Source of the DNA: a virus | Lineage: Duplodnaviria > Caudoviricetes | Length of the DNA stretch: 64,000 nt | IMG/VR virus record: IMGVR_UViG_3300025133_000020 | Reading direction: 5' to 3' (one strand) | Part shown: one piece after another, positions 19,207-28,124 of the stretch | Position numbering within the stretch: position 1 is the stretch's first letter | Layout: each line of letters opens with the position of its first letter | Position numbers and translations under genes: made by a program | Notes under the pieces: generated by a model | Database searches by the model: none | The model's input: the letters and a program-made list of their open reading frames with translations, nothing else | Told to the model about the DNA's origin: nothing

Positions 19207-19831
19207 ATCGTTTCAAATATTTATCAAAAATAACACCTTTATTAGTTTTCAACCACTCCACATTTTCTAAAATCTCACTATCAGTGAATATTCTAGAATG
19301 CTTAATATTTACATTACCTTTGGTTACGGAGTTACCATATCTGTTTATCGATTTTTGTTTATGCGTAGCCAAATTACTCATGAAGTTAGTTATATCGGAT
19401 TCTGGAACATCTAATTCTAGAAACTCATTACATTTGGTTAATTGACTCTCTAGGTCAGTTAGTAGGTCTTCATAATATATTACCAACTTATCACCCACAA
19501 ACCCTTCACAAAAATCGATAAGTTTAAGATATCCAACCTCAGTATTACTATTGTGGTCATCCTTAATTGTGAATTTACCACCCTTATGCCTAACTAGGAC
19601 ATCATTATAATCTCGTAATAAGAGTATTACCTTATTATTCTTGACGTTCTCGATATCCTTAGTATCGTGACGCTTAATCATGAAGATTTCTTTAGTCCTA
19701 TTTTCTAATAAAATTGATTTGTCGAAATCATTTGAGTTCAGGTATCCGATACTCCTTTTACCAGTTAAAACCTCTAACGCATATCTTAACCAAGTGTTCC
19801 CGCTTCTGGGGTATGATAATAAATAATTCAT
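19196..19831 (-). CDS. PAPS-dependent sulfotransferase
   Basis: 5'-PSB loop SYPRSGNTWLR; LLRD; IYYEDL. Confidence 0.85.
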   Translation of the reverse strand: MNYLLSYPRSGNTWLRYALEVLTGKRSIGYLNSNDFDKSILLENRTKEIFMIKRHDTKDIENVKNNKVILLLRDYNDVLVRHKGGKFTIKDDHNSNTEVGYLKLIDFCEGFVGDKLVIYYEDLLTDLESQLTKCNEFLELDVPESDITNFMSNLATHKQKSINRYGNSVTKGNVNIKHSRIFTDSEILENVEWLKTNKGVIFDKYLKRYER

Positions 19832-20646
19832 CCTTTGTGTAAATATTTTTCGTATATCCAGTCTTCAGCTATCAAAAACTCCTTAGCTCTGTTGAAGTTA
19901 TCCTCAATCGCTGGTAACATGGACTTATAACCTTCTAAAGATAGAGATTCTAATTTATTAAGTAAAGTGTTCACATCATCAATTATTATCATCCCATCAG
20001 TATTAAAGAAGTCCCCTATGGATGGACACCCCCAGTATATAGGAACCGTACCAGTTACGAATGAATCCATCAACTTTTCCGTGAAGTAATAATCTGATTT
20101 TGAGTTCTCAATAACTACCGAAAAAGCGTAATCTTTGAGTGTGGTTAATTTATAGTTTACTGGGTTGTATCCTCTACCGTAAACATCTAATGGGATACCA
20201 TTATCCTTGGAGAGTTTAATCGTCTCATGTCTTAACTTATGACCCGTGGTTTGTCTCTTAGCTGATGCCACTATTGAAAGTAGCTTGCTCTTCTGGTAAA
20301 CCTTTTGGTCAGCCTCATTAATCCAACAACCACAATGAGGTGAGAATTTAATGTTATCTGAAATGGATAGTAAATTCTTATCGTAGGTTAAGACCGTATC
20401 GAACCTATGGTGGTTATCCTTCATCCATTCATAATTGCGTGGGAATATGGCTCTTGGTTCCATTAACCAACCTATCTTAACACCCTTAACGTTATCCACA
20501 CCATATAACGAATTATCAGTCATAAATGTAACATCACTTGGTTCATTATTACGATACCAATCGATATATTTTGATTCTTGAAAGTCGGTACTATACTTGG
20601 CGTGAGCGAAATTAGTATCTATGATTTTTAATCTATTCTTAACCAT
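19828..20646 (-). CDS. GT10 alpha-1,3/4-fucosyltransferase-like protein
   Basis: YAFSVVIENS...YYFTEKLMDSFVTGTVPIYWG GT10 motif; start refined to MVKNRL. Confidence 0.8.
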   Translation of the reverse strand: MVKNRLKIIDTNFAHAKYSTDFQESKYIDWYRNNEPSDVTFMTDNSLYGVDNVKGVKIGWLMEPRAIFPRNYEWMKDNHHRFDTVLTYDKNLLSISDNIKFSPHCGCWINEADQKVYQKSKLLSIVASAKRQTTGHKLRHETIKLSKDNGIPLDVYGRGYNPVNYKLTTLKDYAFSVVIENSKSDYYFTEKLMDSFVTGTVPIYWGCPSIGDFFNTDGMIIIDDVNTLLNKLESLSLEGYKSMLPAIEDNFNRAKEFLIAEDWIYEKYLHKG

Positions 20647-21410
20647 TCTTCTGGAATCATATCTTTTGTTATTATACCACTCTTTGCAGGTCCGAACCAT
20701 TTCTTAGGCGCTACAACCTTCTTCTCATCTAGTTTGTTTAACCAAGCACCCCACCAAGAGAAACTTGAGTTACCTATGATGTTGTGATAACAAAGGGACA
20801 TTAGATACATGTCAATGTAATCTGGTTCACCTTCCATAAACACAAACTGGTCACCTATGAAGTTTTCCTTACACCACTCAATATCGTCCGAGAAAATCAA
20901 ATACTTATCAGCTTGCACCTTTTTCATTGCAGCCTCATAATATTGCATATTCAATACTGGGTGATGTTCTTGTAGGTTTAAGTAATCACCTCTTCTTACA
21001 TGAACTGAGCATGATACCACGTTTAGGTTGAATAGGTGCTCGTATTTGACGAATAATGAATGTAGGGTTTCATTTGGTAATGCGAAAAGATTTAATAGTT
21101 CACCCCGATGGTGTTTGAAATACTTCTCCGATTGGAAGTAACCCCATAGTAGGATATTGTCCACTTTTGGTAGGTCAGTATAGGCGAAGTTTGGTTCTGT
21201 GTATGTGGTAGTGGGTCTACCAGTAAGTTCTGTCACATCCTTAACCCCACTAAAGATGTTATTTCGGTAGCTAGTAATGTGTCCGTGACCCTGTGCGGCT
21301 CTATTAAAATCAAACCCAGCATCTACCCCTAAGTCCCAAGCCAAGGCTTGAGCAGCAGCAATTTGGAACATGTAATTACCTAAACCACCCTGTAAATACG
21401 TACTTATCAT
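20628..21410 (-). CDS. GT11 alpha-1,2-fucosyltransferase
   Basis: GGLGNYMFQ, HVRRGDY, IFSDD, NSSFSWWGA. Confidence 0.93.
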   Translation of the reverse strand: MISTYLQGGLGNYMFQIAAAQALAWDLGVDAGFDFNRAAQGHGHITSYRNNIFSGVKDVTELTGRPTTTYTEPNFAYTDLPKVDNILLWGYFQSEKYFKHHRGELLNLFALPNETLHSLFVKYEHLFNLNVVSCSVHVRRGDYLNLQEHHPVLNMQYYEAAMKKVQADKYLIFSDDIEWCKENFIGDQFVFMEGEPDYIDMYLMSLCYHNIIGNSSFSWWGAWLNKLDEKKVVAPKKWFGPAKSGIITKDMIPEEWLRID

Positions 21411-21411
21411 T

Positions 21412-22014
21412 TCACTTTAATTGCCAGTTCTCCCACACGAATGGGTAATCATACGTTAGTTTATGGGTCTTTTGTAGTACCTCTCTTATCTTATCCCTAC
21501 GCTCAACACAATTAGGTATGAATCTATGGAATTGGACTTGTATGTTACCTAACTTAGTTTGTAACCCTTTGGTGATAATATCATCTAATAAGTCAAACTC
21601 ACCACCCTCAATATTAATCTTTATCAGGTCGATGAAGTCTATGTCGTTTTCATTGATGACATCAGCTAAACCCCTTAGTTGTATGGTAATAGGAACCTCA
21701 CCTACGAACATAGAAGATGCATCCTTATTCAGGAATATAGTGTCTTCAGCGTTCCTATCGGATAAACCAAACATATGTGGGATGATTTTATCGTTTTCAC
21801 TAAACCTATCCTCTATTTTTTTATGAAACGGTCTTACAGGTTCAAATATGTGAACCGTAGACTCATATTTGTTATAGATTTTGGCGGCAAAATCACCATT
21901 GTAACCACCAACATCAAATACTATTGAGTCAGCGTCTAAGTCGTATAACACTCTATGTGTGGTACCACCTTCGTCCTCAAACCATTTATTTAATATCTCT
22001 CTTGGGTTTCCCAT
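21412..22014 (-). CDS. FkbM-family methyltransferase
   Basis: VFDVGGYNG, FEP, LIKINIEGGE, QVQFH. Confidence 0.9.
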   Translation of the reverse strand: MGNPREILNKWFEDEGGTTHRVLYDLDADSIVFDVGGYNGDFAAKIYNKYESTVHIFEPVRPFHKKIEDRFSENDKIIPHMFGLSDRNAEDTIFLNKDASSMFVGEVPITIQLRGLADVINENDIDFIDLIKINIEGGEFDLLDDIITKGLQTKLGNIQVQFHRFIPNCVERRDKIREVLQKTHKLTYDYPFVWENWQLK

Positions 22015-22739
22015 TATCTAACTAACCTATCATACCTTTTCAAGGTTTTAGCGTATTGTGTGTACTTATGAACCTTTGGCATATGTAACTTATGGTCATT
22101 CAATGGGTTACCATCATTATAGACGTAATTTATTTCGGGTGAGTACAGATAATGTTCTTCACCCGCCATTTCCAGCATTGGGAACATGAACGATAGGTCG
22201 CCAGTCGTCTCCCAATAGTTACCGTCTGGGGTTTTTAAATCCTTACGTTTGATAGCTCTCCATAGGAACATCTTCCACGTTCTTAGGTGGCTAGCAACGA
22301 ATGACTTATTCCTAACATCATTGAAGTCTGATATTGCTGCTGAAAAACCAGCTCTACCATCCTTATATCTAAAGGAACCATTAGTAATCCAAATATCACC
22401 ACTGTTATAATTGTCTATCACTCGTTGGAACACATGTCTATCTGGCAACCAATCATCACCATCCACTTCCACTAAGATATCCTCATCATCAATACCTTCC
22501 ATATCTCTACATATCAGGTCATAATTACCACCTTGGTAGAGCTTTTTCTCGTTCCTAATCAGTATGAATCTATCGTCATCTTCGATGAATTCTTCAGCTA
22601 CGTCAGGCGCACCATCAGTAGATAAATCATCCGTTATATAACATACGAAATTTTCATATGATTGGGACATTATTGAACCTAGGGTTCGCTCTATTATATC
22701 ACTAGAATTGTATAACGTAACTGCTACTACTATTTTCAT
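22014..22739 (-). CDS. Glycosyltransferase family 2
   Basis: DDLSTD, VDGDDWL; start refined to MKIVVAV. Confidence 0.88.
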   Translation of the reverse strand: MKIVVAVTLYNSSDIIERTLGSIMSQSYENFVCYITDDLSTDGAPDVAEEFIEDDDRFILIRNEKKLYQGGNYDLICRDMEGIDDEDILVEVDGDDWLPDRHVFQRVIDNYNSGDIWITNGSFRYKDGRAGFSAAISDFNDVRNKSFVASHLRTWKMFLWRAIKRKDLKTPDGNYWETTGDLSFMFPMLEMAGEEHYLYSPEINYVYNDGNPLNDHKLHMPKVHKYTQYAKTLKRYDRLVR

Positions 22740-23712
22740 CTCTTTGTTCTTTATTTTCATATCGTTCATCTAAATCAGCCATCCTGTATTGTTCCGTAAG
22801 GTCCTCACCATCCGTAACCACAGTAGCCGTCATTTTAATAATGTAATAACCATTGAACTCAACAGTCTTATCATAAGCTAAATTATCGTAAATGTAAAGC
22901 TTATTGTTGTGAACCCCTATGTCGTTATAGGTGGTGAATGATACCTCATCGAAATCGATAACACTGGAAATCCTTGGGTTATCGTCAATCTTCAAAACAT
23001 TCTTAATGAATACATCACTACGCCTATCGTACTCTTTAGGGTATTTACTCACACAGAACTCCAATAACTTAACCTTATGGTCAATACTCCTTACGTTTAG
23101 TTTCTTGGTGTATTCTTCTAACTTGAATTTGGGTGGGTGCGTTCTACCAATCTTGAGCTTGAAGTTTGATTTTATCAAAGAGAAATACTTATCCGATGAT
23201 ATTTCACCCACAACCTTACTATTGGTAACGTCCTTATTGGGGTTACCATCAATACCTTCGTCAAGCTCGTTACCAGACTTATCACTTTCCCCTATTTGAT
23301 TCCCATCAAATGCTTCGTGAGCTTCTTTCGCTCTTGGTCTATTATCTATAACCATTTCCACAGCGAAATCATCGAATGCGTCCAATTGTACCTTTCTAAG
23401 TTCACTGGCTTTATTCACCGATGTGGTCGTATAGGTAATCTTACCATCAGAATCAATCTTATGTACGGTTCTGATATTAGCGCTTGCAGCTAACACTTTA
23501 TACATTCTCCATCGTAAGGTTTGGACTTCTTGCGTTACCCTACCTTGTAGAAGGTCATCCAACATGGTACCTTGATTAATACTTTGGAAATGAGCCATAT
23601 CTTCACCCATATAGCTTCCCTGTTGACCTAAAGATGACTTCTCCGTGTTATATAATGCCAACATCAAGTATGTGGCAATCCGTCTCCCAATATTCTTCAA
23701 CCATGAGAACAT
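22702..23712 (-). CDS. Hypothetical protein
   Basis: 336-aa ORF inside glycan cluster, no family recognised. Confidence 0.7.
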   Translation of the reverse strand: MFSWLKNIGRRIATYLMLALYNTEKSSLGQQGSYMGEDMAHFQSINQGTMLDDLLQGRVTQEVQTLRWRMYKVLAASANIRTVHKIDSDGKITYTTTSVNKASELRKVQLDAFDDFAVEMVIDNRPRAKEAHEAFDGNQIGESDKSGNELDEGIDGNPNKDVTNSKVVGEISSDKYFSLIKSNFKLKIGRTHPPKFKLEEYTKKLNVRSIDHKVKLLEFCVSKYPKEYDRRSDVFIKNVLKIDDNPRISSVIDFDEVSFTTYNDIGVHNNKLYIYDNLAYDKTVEFNGYYIIKMTATVVTDGEDLTEQYRMADLDERYENKEQRDENSSSSYVIQF

Positions 23713-25373
23713 TACCTCAATACATCTTCATACTCTTTCAGGACTTCTACTACTACGTTATCTGCTCTGAATTTATCTACGTCCTCTGGTACCTCATGGA
23801 ATTCCTTACCAATGATATTACCACCAGAATCAACATCATATATCCAACCACCCTTACCACATAACCAACCTTCAATAGTCGTTCTACCTAACAATATACC
23901 AGCAGTCTCATCACATTGTTTCACAATCTTCTCTACGTTTGGTGTTGCTGGATAGTACGTGATATGCTCATTATCCTTCAAAATACCCTCAAGATACGTA
24001 TCACTATTATTACCAACCAATATCAAGTGGTTACCCTCTGACTTGGTGGTCTCAACCAAGTCCTCAATAGCATTGCGCCTCAAGTAATCCATGGTACCAA
24101 CAAATACAACTCTCTTACTATCACTCTTCCTATCAAAATTGTAGTCAGTATTGAAGCGAGTATTGTCAATAGGGTTATACACAACATCAATCTTTTCCTC
24201 TGGAATATTGAAGCTGTTTACCAAATAGTCCTTAATCTCTGGTCTAATGGCTATGTATTTGATTATCCTATCAGATATCACAGGCTTCTCCAAGTCAATA
24301 ACTTCCGAATGAATGGAAGATATCGCTGGTATCTCTGGGTATAGTTCCAATAATCTACTAGCGATTGGTGTATGGTTCAAGTGCATGATATCGAAATCAG
24401 CCACCGCAACCTTGTATAACGTCTTAGGGTTTGATGCTACCATGCTACCATCTTGCGTAGGTAGTTGCCATAGACCATCACCCAATTTGAATGTTGGTGG
24501 TTCATTGATACTGAACAACTTAATACCCAACTTTTTAGCCTTCTGAGCCAATGGTTCTCCAATATTGGATACCACAGTCACGGAGTGCCCTTTCTTAATC
24601 AGGGATTTAGCTAATTCGAACACATAAAGTTCCGAACCAGTATAACCGTTGAAGTTAAGGCACCCGATTAATATTTTCAATCTGGTATGTTTATCAAATA
24701 CCCTATCGTTTTTGATTGGGAAATGTTTGGCGTATCTTTCGGTTACCATCACACGCTTCTCTTCCCACTTATCATCAGTTTGACCTATTGATTGGTGAGT
24801 GATTTTAATGTTGGTGTGAACACCTATTTTAAGCCCTTTCAGGTAATTATCCAAACAGAATGTAACATCGTAGAAGTGGAACCCGTCCACCTTCTTATCG
24901 AACTTCTTCTTTAACCTATCCCTACGGACGGAAAAGAAAACCCCATCGACCAGAACCACCGATTCTAATCGAGTACCAAGGTCATCACTATATTTGGACA
25001 TCCATGTTCTACCTTCGTGCGTGTGTGATACTCGACCATACATTTTACTTGGGTCATCCCACCAACGTCCAGAGTCAGTTATTAGCTTAGTTCCAGCCAC
25101 ACCAATAATACCATACTCTTCATTGGCGTTAAAGTGTTTAATCACTTTTTTACCCCACTGCTTGGTATCGATATTGATATCATCATGTAAGAACGTTATA
25201 ACGTCATTCTTAGCTTCTTTCAAAGCTTTGTTATATAATTCAGTCAGAGAATACTTACCCTTATTTTCATAATGAAGTATCTCTACGTTCTTATTTCCCA
25301 GACCACAGGTCTTTAACAGATGAGTTCTAAACTCGTCTGAAGGTTCTTTACTGGAACATACTATTGTAATCAT
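23712..25373 (-). CDS. Fused GT2-like plus GT4-like glycosyltransferase
   Basis: N-half FLHDD/GVAG/FHFYD; C-half GSELYVFELAKSL and GT-B core. Confidence 0.85.
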   Translation of the reverse strand: MITIVCSSKEPSDEFRTHLLKTCGLGNKNVEILHYENKGKYSLTELYNKALKEAKNDVITFLHDDINIDTKQWGKKVIKHFNANEEYGIIGVAGTKLITDSGRWWDDPSKMYGRVSHTHEGRTWMSKYSDDLGTRLESVVLVDGVFFSVRRDRLKKKFDKKVDGFHFYDVTFCLDNYLKGLKIGVHTNIKITHQSIGQTDDKWEEKRVMVTERYAKHFPIKNDRVFDKHTRLKILIGCLNFNGYTGSELYVFELAKSLIKKGHSVTVVSNIGEPLAQKAKKLGIKLFSINEPPTFKLGDGLWQLPTQDGSMVASNPKTLYKVAVADFDIMHLNHTPIASRLLELYPEIPAISSIHSEVIDLEKPVISDRIIKYIAIRPEIKDYLVNSFNIPEEKIDVVYNPIDNTRFNTDYNFDRKSDSKRVVFVGTMDYLRRNAIEDLVETTKSEGNHLILVGNNSDTYLEGILKDNEHITYYPATPNVEKIVKQCDETAGILLGRTTIEGWLCGKGGWIYDVDSGGNIIGKEFHEVPEDVDKFRADNVVVEVLKEYEDVLR

Positions 25374-25380
25374 ATTTCTT

Positions 25381-25845
25381 TTATTTGTACCCCAAACGAG
25401 TTGCGGTATTACTCATTATATCACACACTTGGTCTGACATTTTAAAACGCTCTTTGTTTATTTCAATTGATTTGAAAATGTTACCATCAGTATGTCGCTC
25501 TGTGGCAGCTTTCCAATCAAAGAACATTTCCATTAAGTCGAATAGGTCAAAACCATTTAGACCATTTTCATAGTGTTCTGGGTGGTGACTATTATTCTCG
25601 TAATGGTGGTTTAGAGCTACTTTAAGCTCATTTAAGAACTCTTTATACTCATCACTACCATATGTACTATCTTTAAGCTTAGGTGTGTACTCATCGAATA
25701 ATTCCTTCTCTGGGGCTTCCAGTTTGGAGTTATCATGAAGGTTAGCTCGTCTCATCAATTCGATTGACGCTTCGCCTAATAATTCTGCCACCCTCTTAAT
25801 ATGGAGTAGTGTATCTTCCCTACTATCGTAACTCATCTTCCACAA
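25381..25845 (-). CDS. HD-like protein (DUF5662-type)
   Basis: HIKRV, HDNSKL, HHYENNSHHPEHY, DWKAA. Confidence 0.7.
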   Translation of the reverse strand: MWKMSYDSREDTLLHIKRVAELLGEASIELMRRANLHDNSKLEAPEKELFDEYTPKLKDSTYGSDEYKEFLNELKVALNHHYENNSHHPEHYENGLNGFDLFDLMEMFFDWKAATERHTDGNIFKSIEINKERFKMSDQVCDIMSNTATRLGYK

Positions 25846-26104
25846 ATTCGTCTAATAGACTTACTTTAACTCTAATAGGTAGGTTGGAACGTTCAATATC
25901 CTTTTCCCCAACTTTTTCATAACCGTAGGTGTTACCTACCATCTTATTATAAAAGTCAGATATATTTACCTTCTTTGGATAATCTCTACTCAATTCTCGA
26001 AATCTCCTTAATCTAGGTGTTTCTTCATCACCTTTTGGTATTCTCTGCAACCCAATAAATTCTAGTGCGTTATCCAGATATCCCATTAATACTACTTTTC
26101 TCAT
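25823..26104 (-). CDS. Hypothetical protein (alternative start 26086)
   Basis: 93-aa ORF. Confidence 0.65.
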   Translation of the reverse strand: MRKVVLMGYLDNALEFIGLQRIPKGDEETPRLRRFRELSRDYPKKVNISDFYNKMVGNTYGYEKVGEKDIERSNLPIRVKVSLLDEFVEDELR

Positions 26105-26111
26105 AGCGTTC

Positions 26112-26810
26112 TTATTTAACTTTATTATTATTCTTATACTCTACTAATTTAGGTATTATTAAGTCTAAGTAAAGTTTAAATTCTAATTCATTCATCATAC
26201 CTTTAAACGAATTTATAGCGTATGACGCTAATACCACATTATTTTTAGTGTACCCTAACATGGGGTCTAATCGCTCAACACTTATACTATCAAATTGGTG
26301 GCATCCTTCGTTATGTTTAATCTCAACATTAGTATAATAACATTTATGATTTTGTTTAAGTAAAGTCTCGTATAAAAAGGTTTTAGGTAGGTTAAATTCT
26401 AACCCCATTCTTTCCGACTTCCTTTTCAAGCCTGACGTTTTATTCCTGAGATAAACTTCTAAGCTAGTTTTTAATAATTTGGATTTCTTTTTGTACCCAC
26501 GTTTCACCGAATCATAATTACTAAAACACCCTTTACAACATTTTTGGTAGCCATCGAAGGTGCTTCTATTTTTAGAGAATTCCGACAACTCTTTGCGTTG
26601 TTTACACTTAAAACATTTCTTTTTACCGTCTATAATTGATTTACATATATGTTTCCGTTTGGCTTCCCTAAATCGTTTGTTAGCTTTCACCCCACAATCA
26701 GAACAAACACATACCACTGGTTTTTTACTACCGTATGTTAAACCACTAACAACATAACCAAATTCTTCAGTTGTTTCCTTTTCTTGTATTATCCATTGCC
26801 CATAACTCAT
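26112..26810 (-). mobile_element. Free-standing HNH/His-Cys-type endonuclease gene
   Basis: CxxC pairs plus CYYT...SISVERLDPMLGYTKNNVVLASYAINSFKG; own promoter. Confidence 0.7.
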
Positions 26811-26826
26811 ATCAAATCATTTGTAG

Positions 26827-26857
26827 TAAATATAGGTATAAAGCGAAAAAGGTTAAA
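26827..26857 (-). promoter_or_regulatory. Promoter TTTAAC-N17-TATATTTA
   Basis: Directly upstream of the endonuclease. Confidence 0.6.
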
Positions 26858-26869
26858 CCATTTTAATAA

Positions 26870-27490
26870 CTATCGGTGACCTGTTGAACCGAAGCCACCG
26901 TCACCTCTATCGGTTTCGGTATTTATTTCATCGACACGATTCAATTTTATTATATTGGATGCTGTCACCGTAGCAACAACTCCTTGCGCAATTCTATCAC
27001 CATTGTTGATAAGGAACGCTTCCCTACCATGATTGATAAGGATTACCTTTAATTCACCTCTATAATCAGCGTCTATCGTACCAGGAGTATTAAGTACGGT
27101 TACACCTTTTTTAGCGGCTAATCCACTTCTAGGTCTTACTTGAATTTCAAACCCAGTCGGGATTTCGAAAAACAAACCTGTAGGTATTACTTTGAACTCA
27201 CCTACTTCTATAATTTCTTCACCCACTAAGTTAGCACGTAGGTCAAAGCCAGAAGACCCAGCAGTTTCATACTGTGGGTCTGTGTTATCTGATTCGTTCT
27301 TAAATGGTACTGAAATCTTTTGTATCTCAGTTACCTGTGGTGCGTTGATTTGGTACCACTTTTCGAAATCGAATGGTTCTGGTTCCGATTCAACACCATC
27401 TTTAACTAAATCTTTAAAGTAGTCTGGAATGGAGGCATCCCCCATTCCGAACCACTTCTTAAAATAGTCTTTGTTTTCTTTATCAGGCAT
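26870..27490 (-). CDS. dut: Trimeric dUTPase with N-terminal extension
   Basis: GSSGFDL, VRPRSGL, GTIDADYRGE, RIAQG, RGDGGFGSTG. Confidence 0.96.
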   Translation of the reverse strand: MPDKENKDYFKKWFGMGDASIPDYFKDLVKDGVESEPEPFDFEKWYQINAPQVTEIQKISVPFKNESDNTDPQYETAGSSGFDLRANLVGEEIIEVGEFKVIPTGLFFEIPTGFEIQVRPRSGLAAKKGVTVLNTPGTIDADYRGELKVILINHGREAFLINNGDRIAQGVVATVTASNIIKLNRVDEINTETDRGDGGFGSTGHR

Positions 27491-28058
27491 ACTCCAATAA
27501 TCTTTTCTTCTCTTCCATTATTGCTAGGTCACTGGCTTGGCTCAGTATGATACCTAACGTGTTAGTATGGAACCTTGCTTGTTTATCATCGTCCGTTTTA
27601 TCGTAGTTGATAATAGCTTGGTATTCATCGTCCGTAAACCGAACACCGTTATCCACAGCATACTTTATTGAACGCTCACCCACGTGTAGCGCCACAAGGT
27701 CGTTAGCGAACTCATACATTTGCCCTAACTTATCTTTATGCCATTGTGATGTGTTCTCAAGGAACATAAACGTCTTACCAATCTGGAATAAGCATGCTAC
27801 CTTTACAACAGACGCTAATGGTTGTTGCATATCTTCTGGTAGTATTTCATTTAGCTTACAAGCGTAATACGTAGTTCTAAGCGTGTGGTCTATTAGACCA
27901 CCTTTGAACGCATTGTAAGAATCCAGTTTTGTTGTAGCGGGTGCAGCTATGATGTCGGCACCTAAGAAGTTCATTAACTCTTCGGTCATGAACTCATACT
28001 TTTCACCAGTATTAAAATACTTGGTGGCATTAGATTTGATTTTCTCTTCTGTTAACAT
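27483..28058 (-). CDS. YhaM-like HD-fold protein, HD replaced by FQ
   Basis: GGLIDHTL, ACLFQIGK, ERS, QAI..D. Confidence 0.65.
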   Translation of the reverse strand: MLTEEKIKSNATKYFNTGEKYEFMTEELMNFLGADIIAAPATTKLDSYNAFKGGLIDHTLRTTYYACKLNEILPEDMQQPLASVVKVACLFQIGKTFMFLENTSQWHKDKLGQMYEFANDLVALHVGERSIKYAVDNGVRFTDDEYQAIINYDKTDDDKQARFHTNTLGIILSQASDLAIMEEKKRLLEYA

Positions 28059-28088
28059 GTTGTTTGTTTTGTTTGTTTGTTATTATAA

Positions 28089-28119
28089 CAAATATACGCA
28101 TTTTATTTGGGAAAATCAA
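28089..28119 (-). promoter_or_regulatory. Promoter TTGATT-N17-TATATTTG
   Basis: Exact TAnnTTTG element. Confidence 0.75.
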
Positions 28120-28124
28120 CCCTA

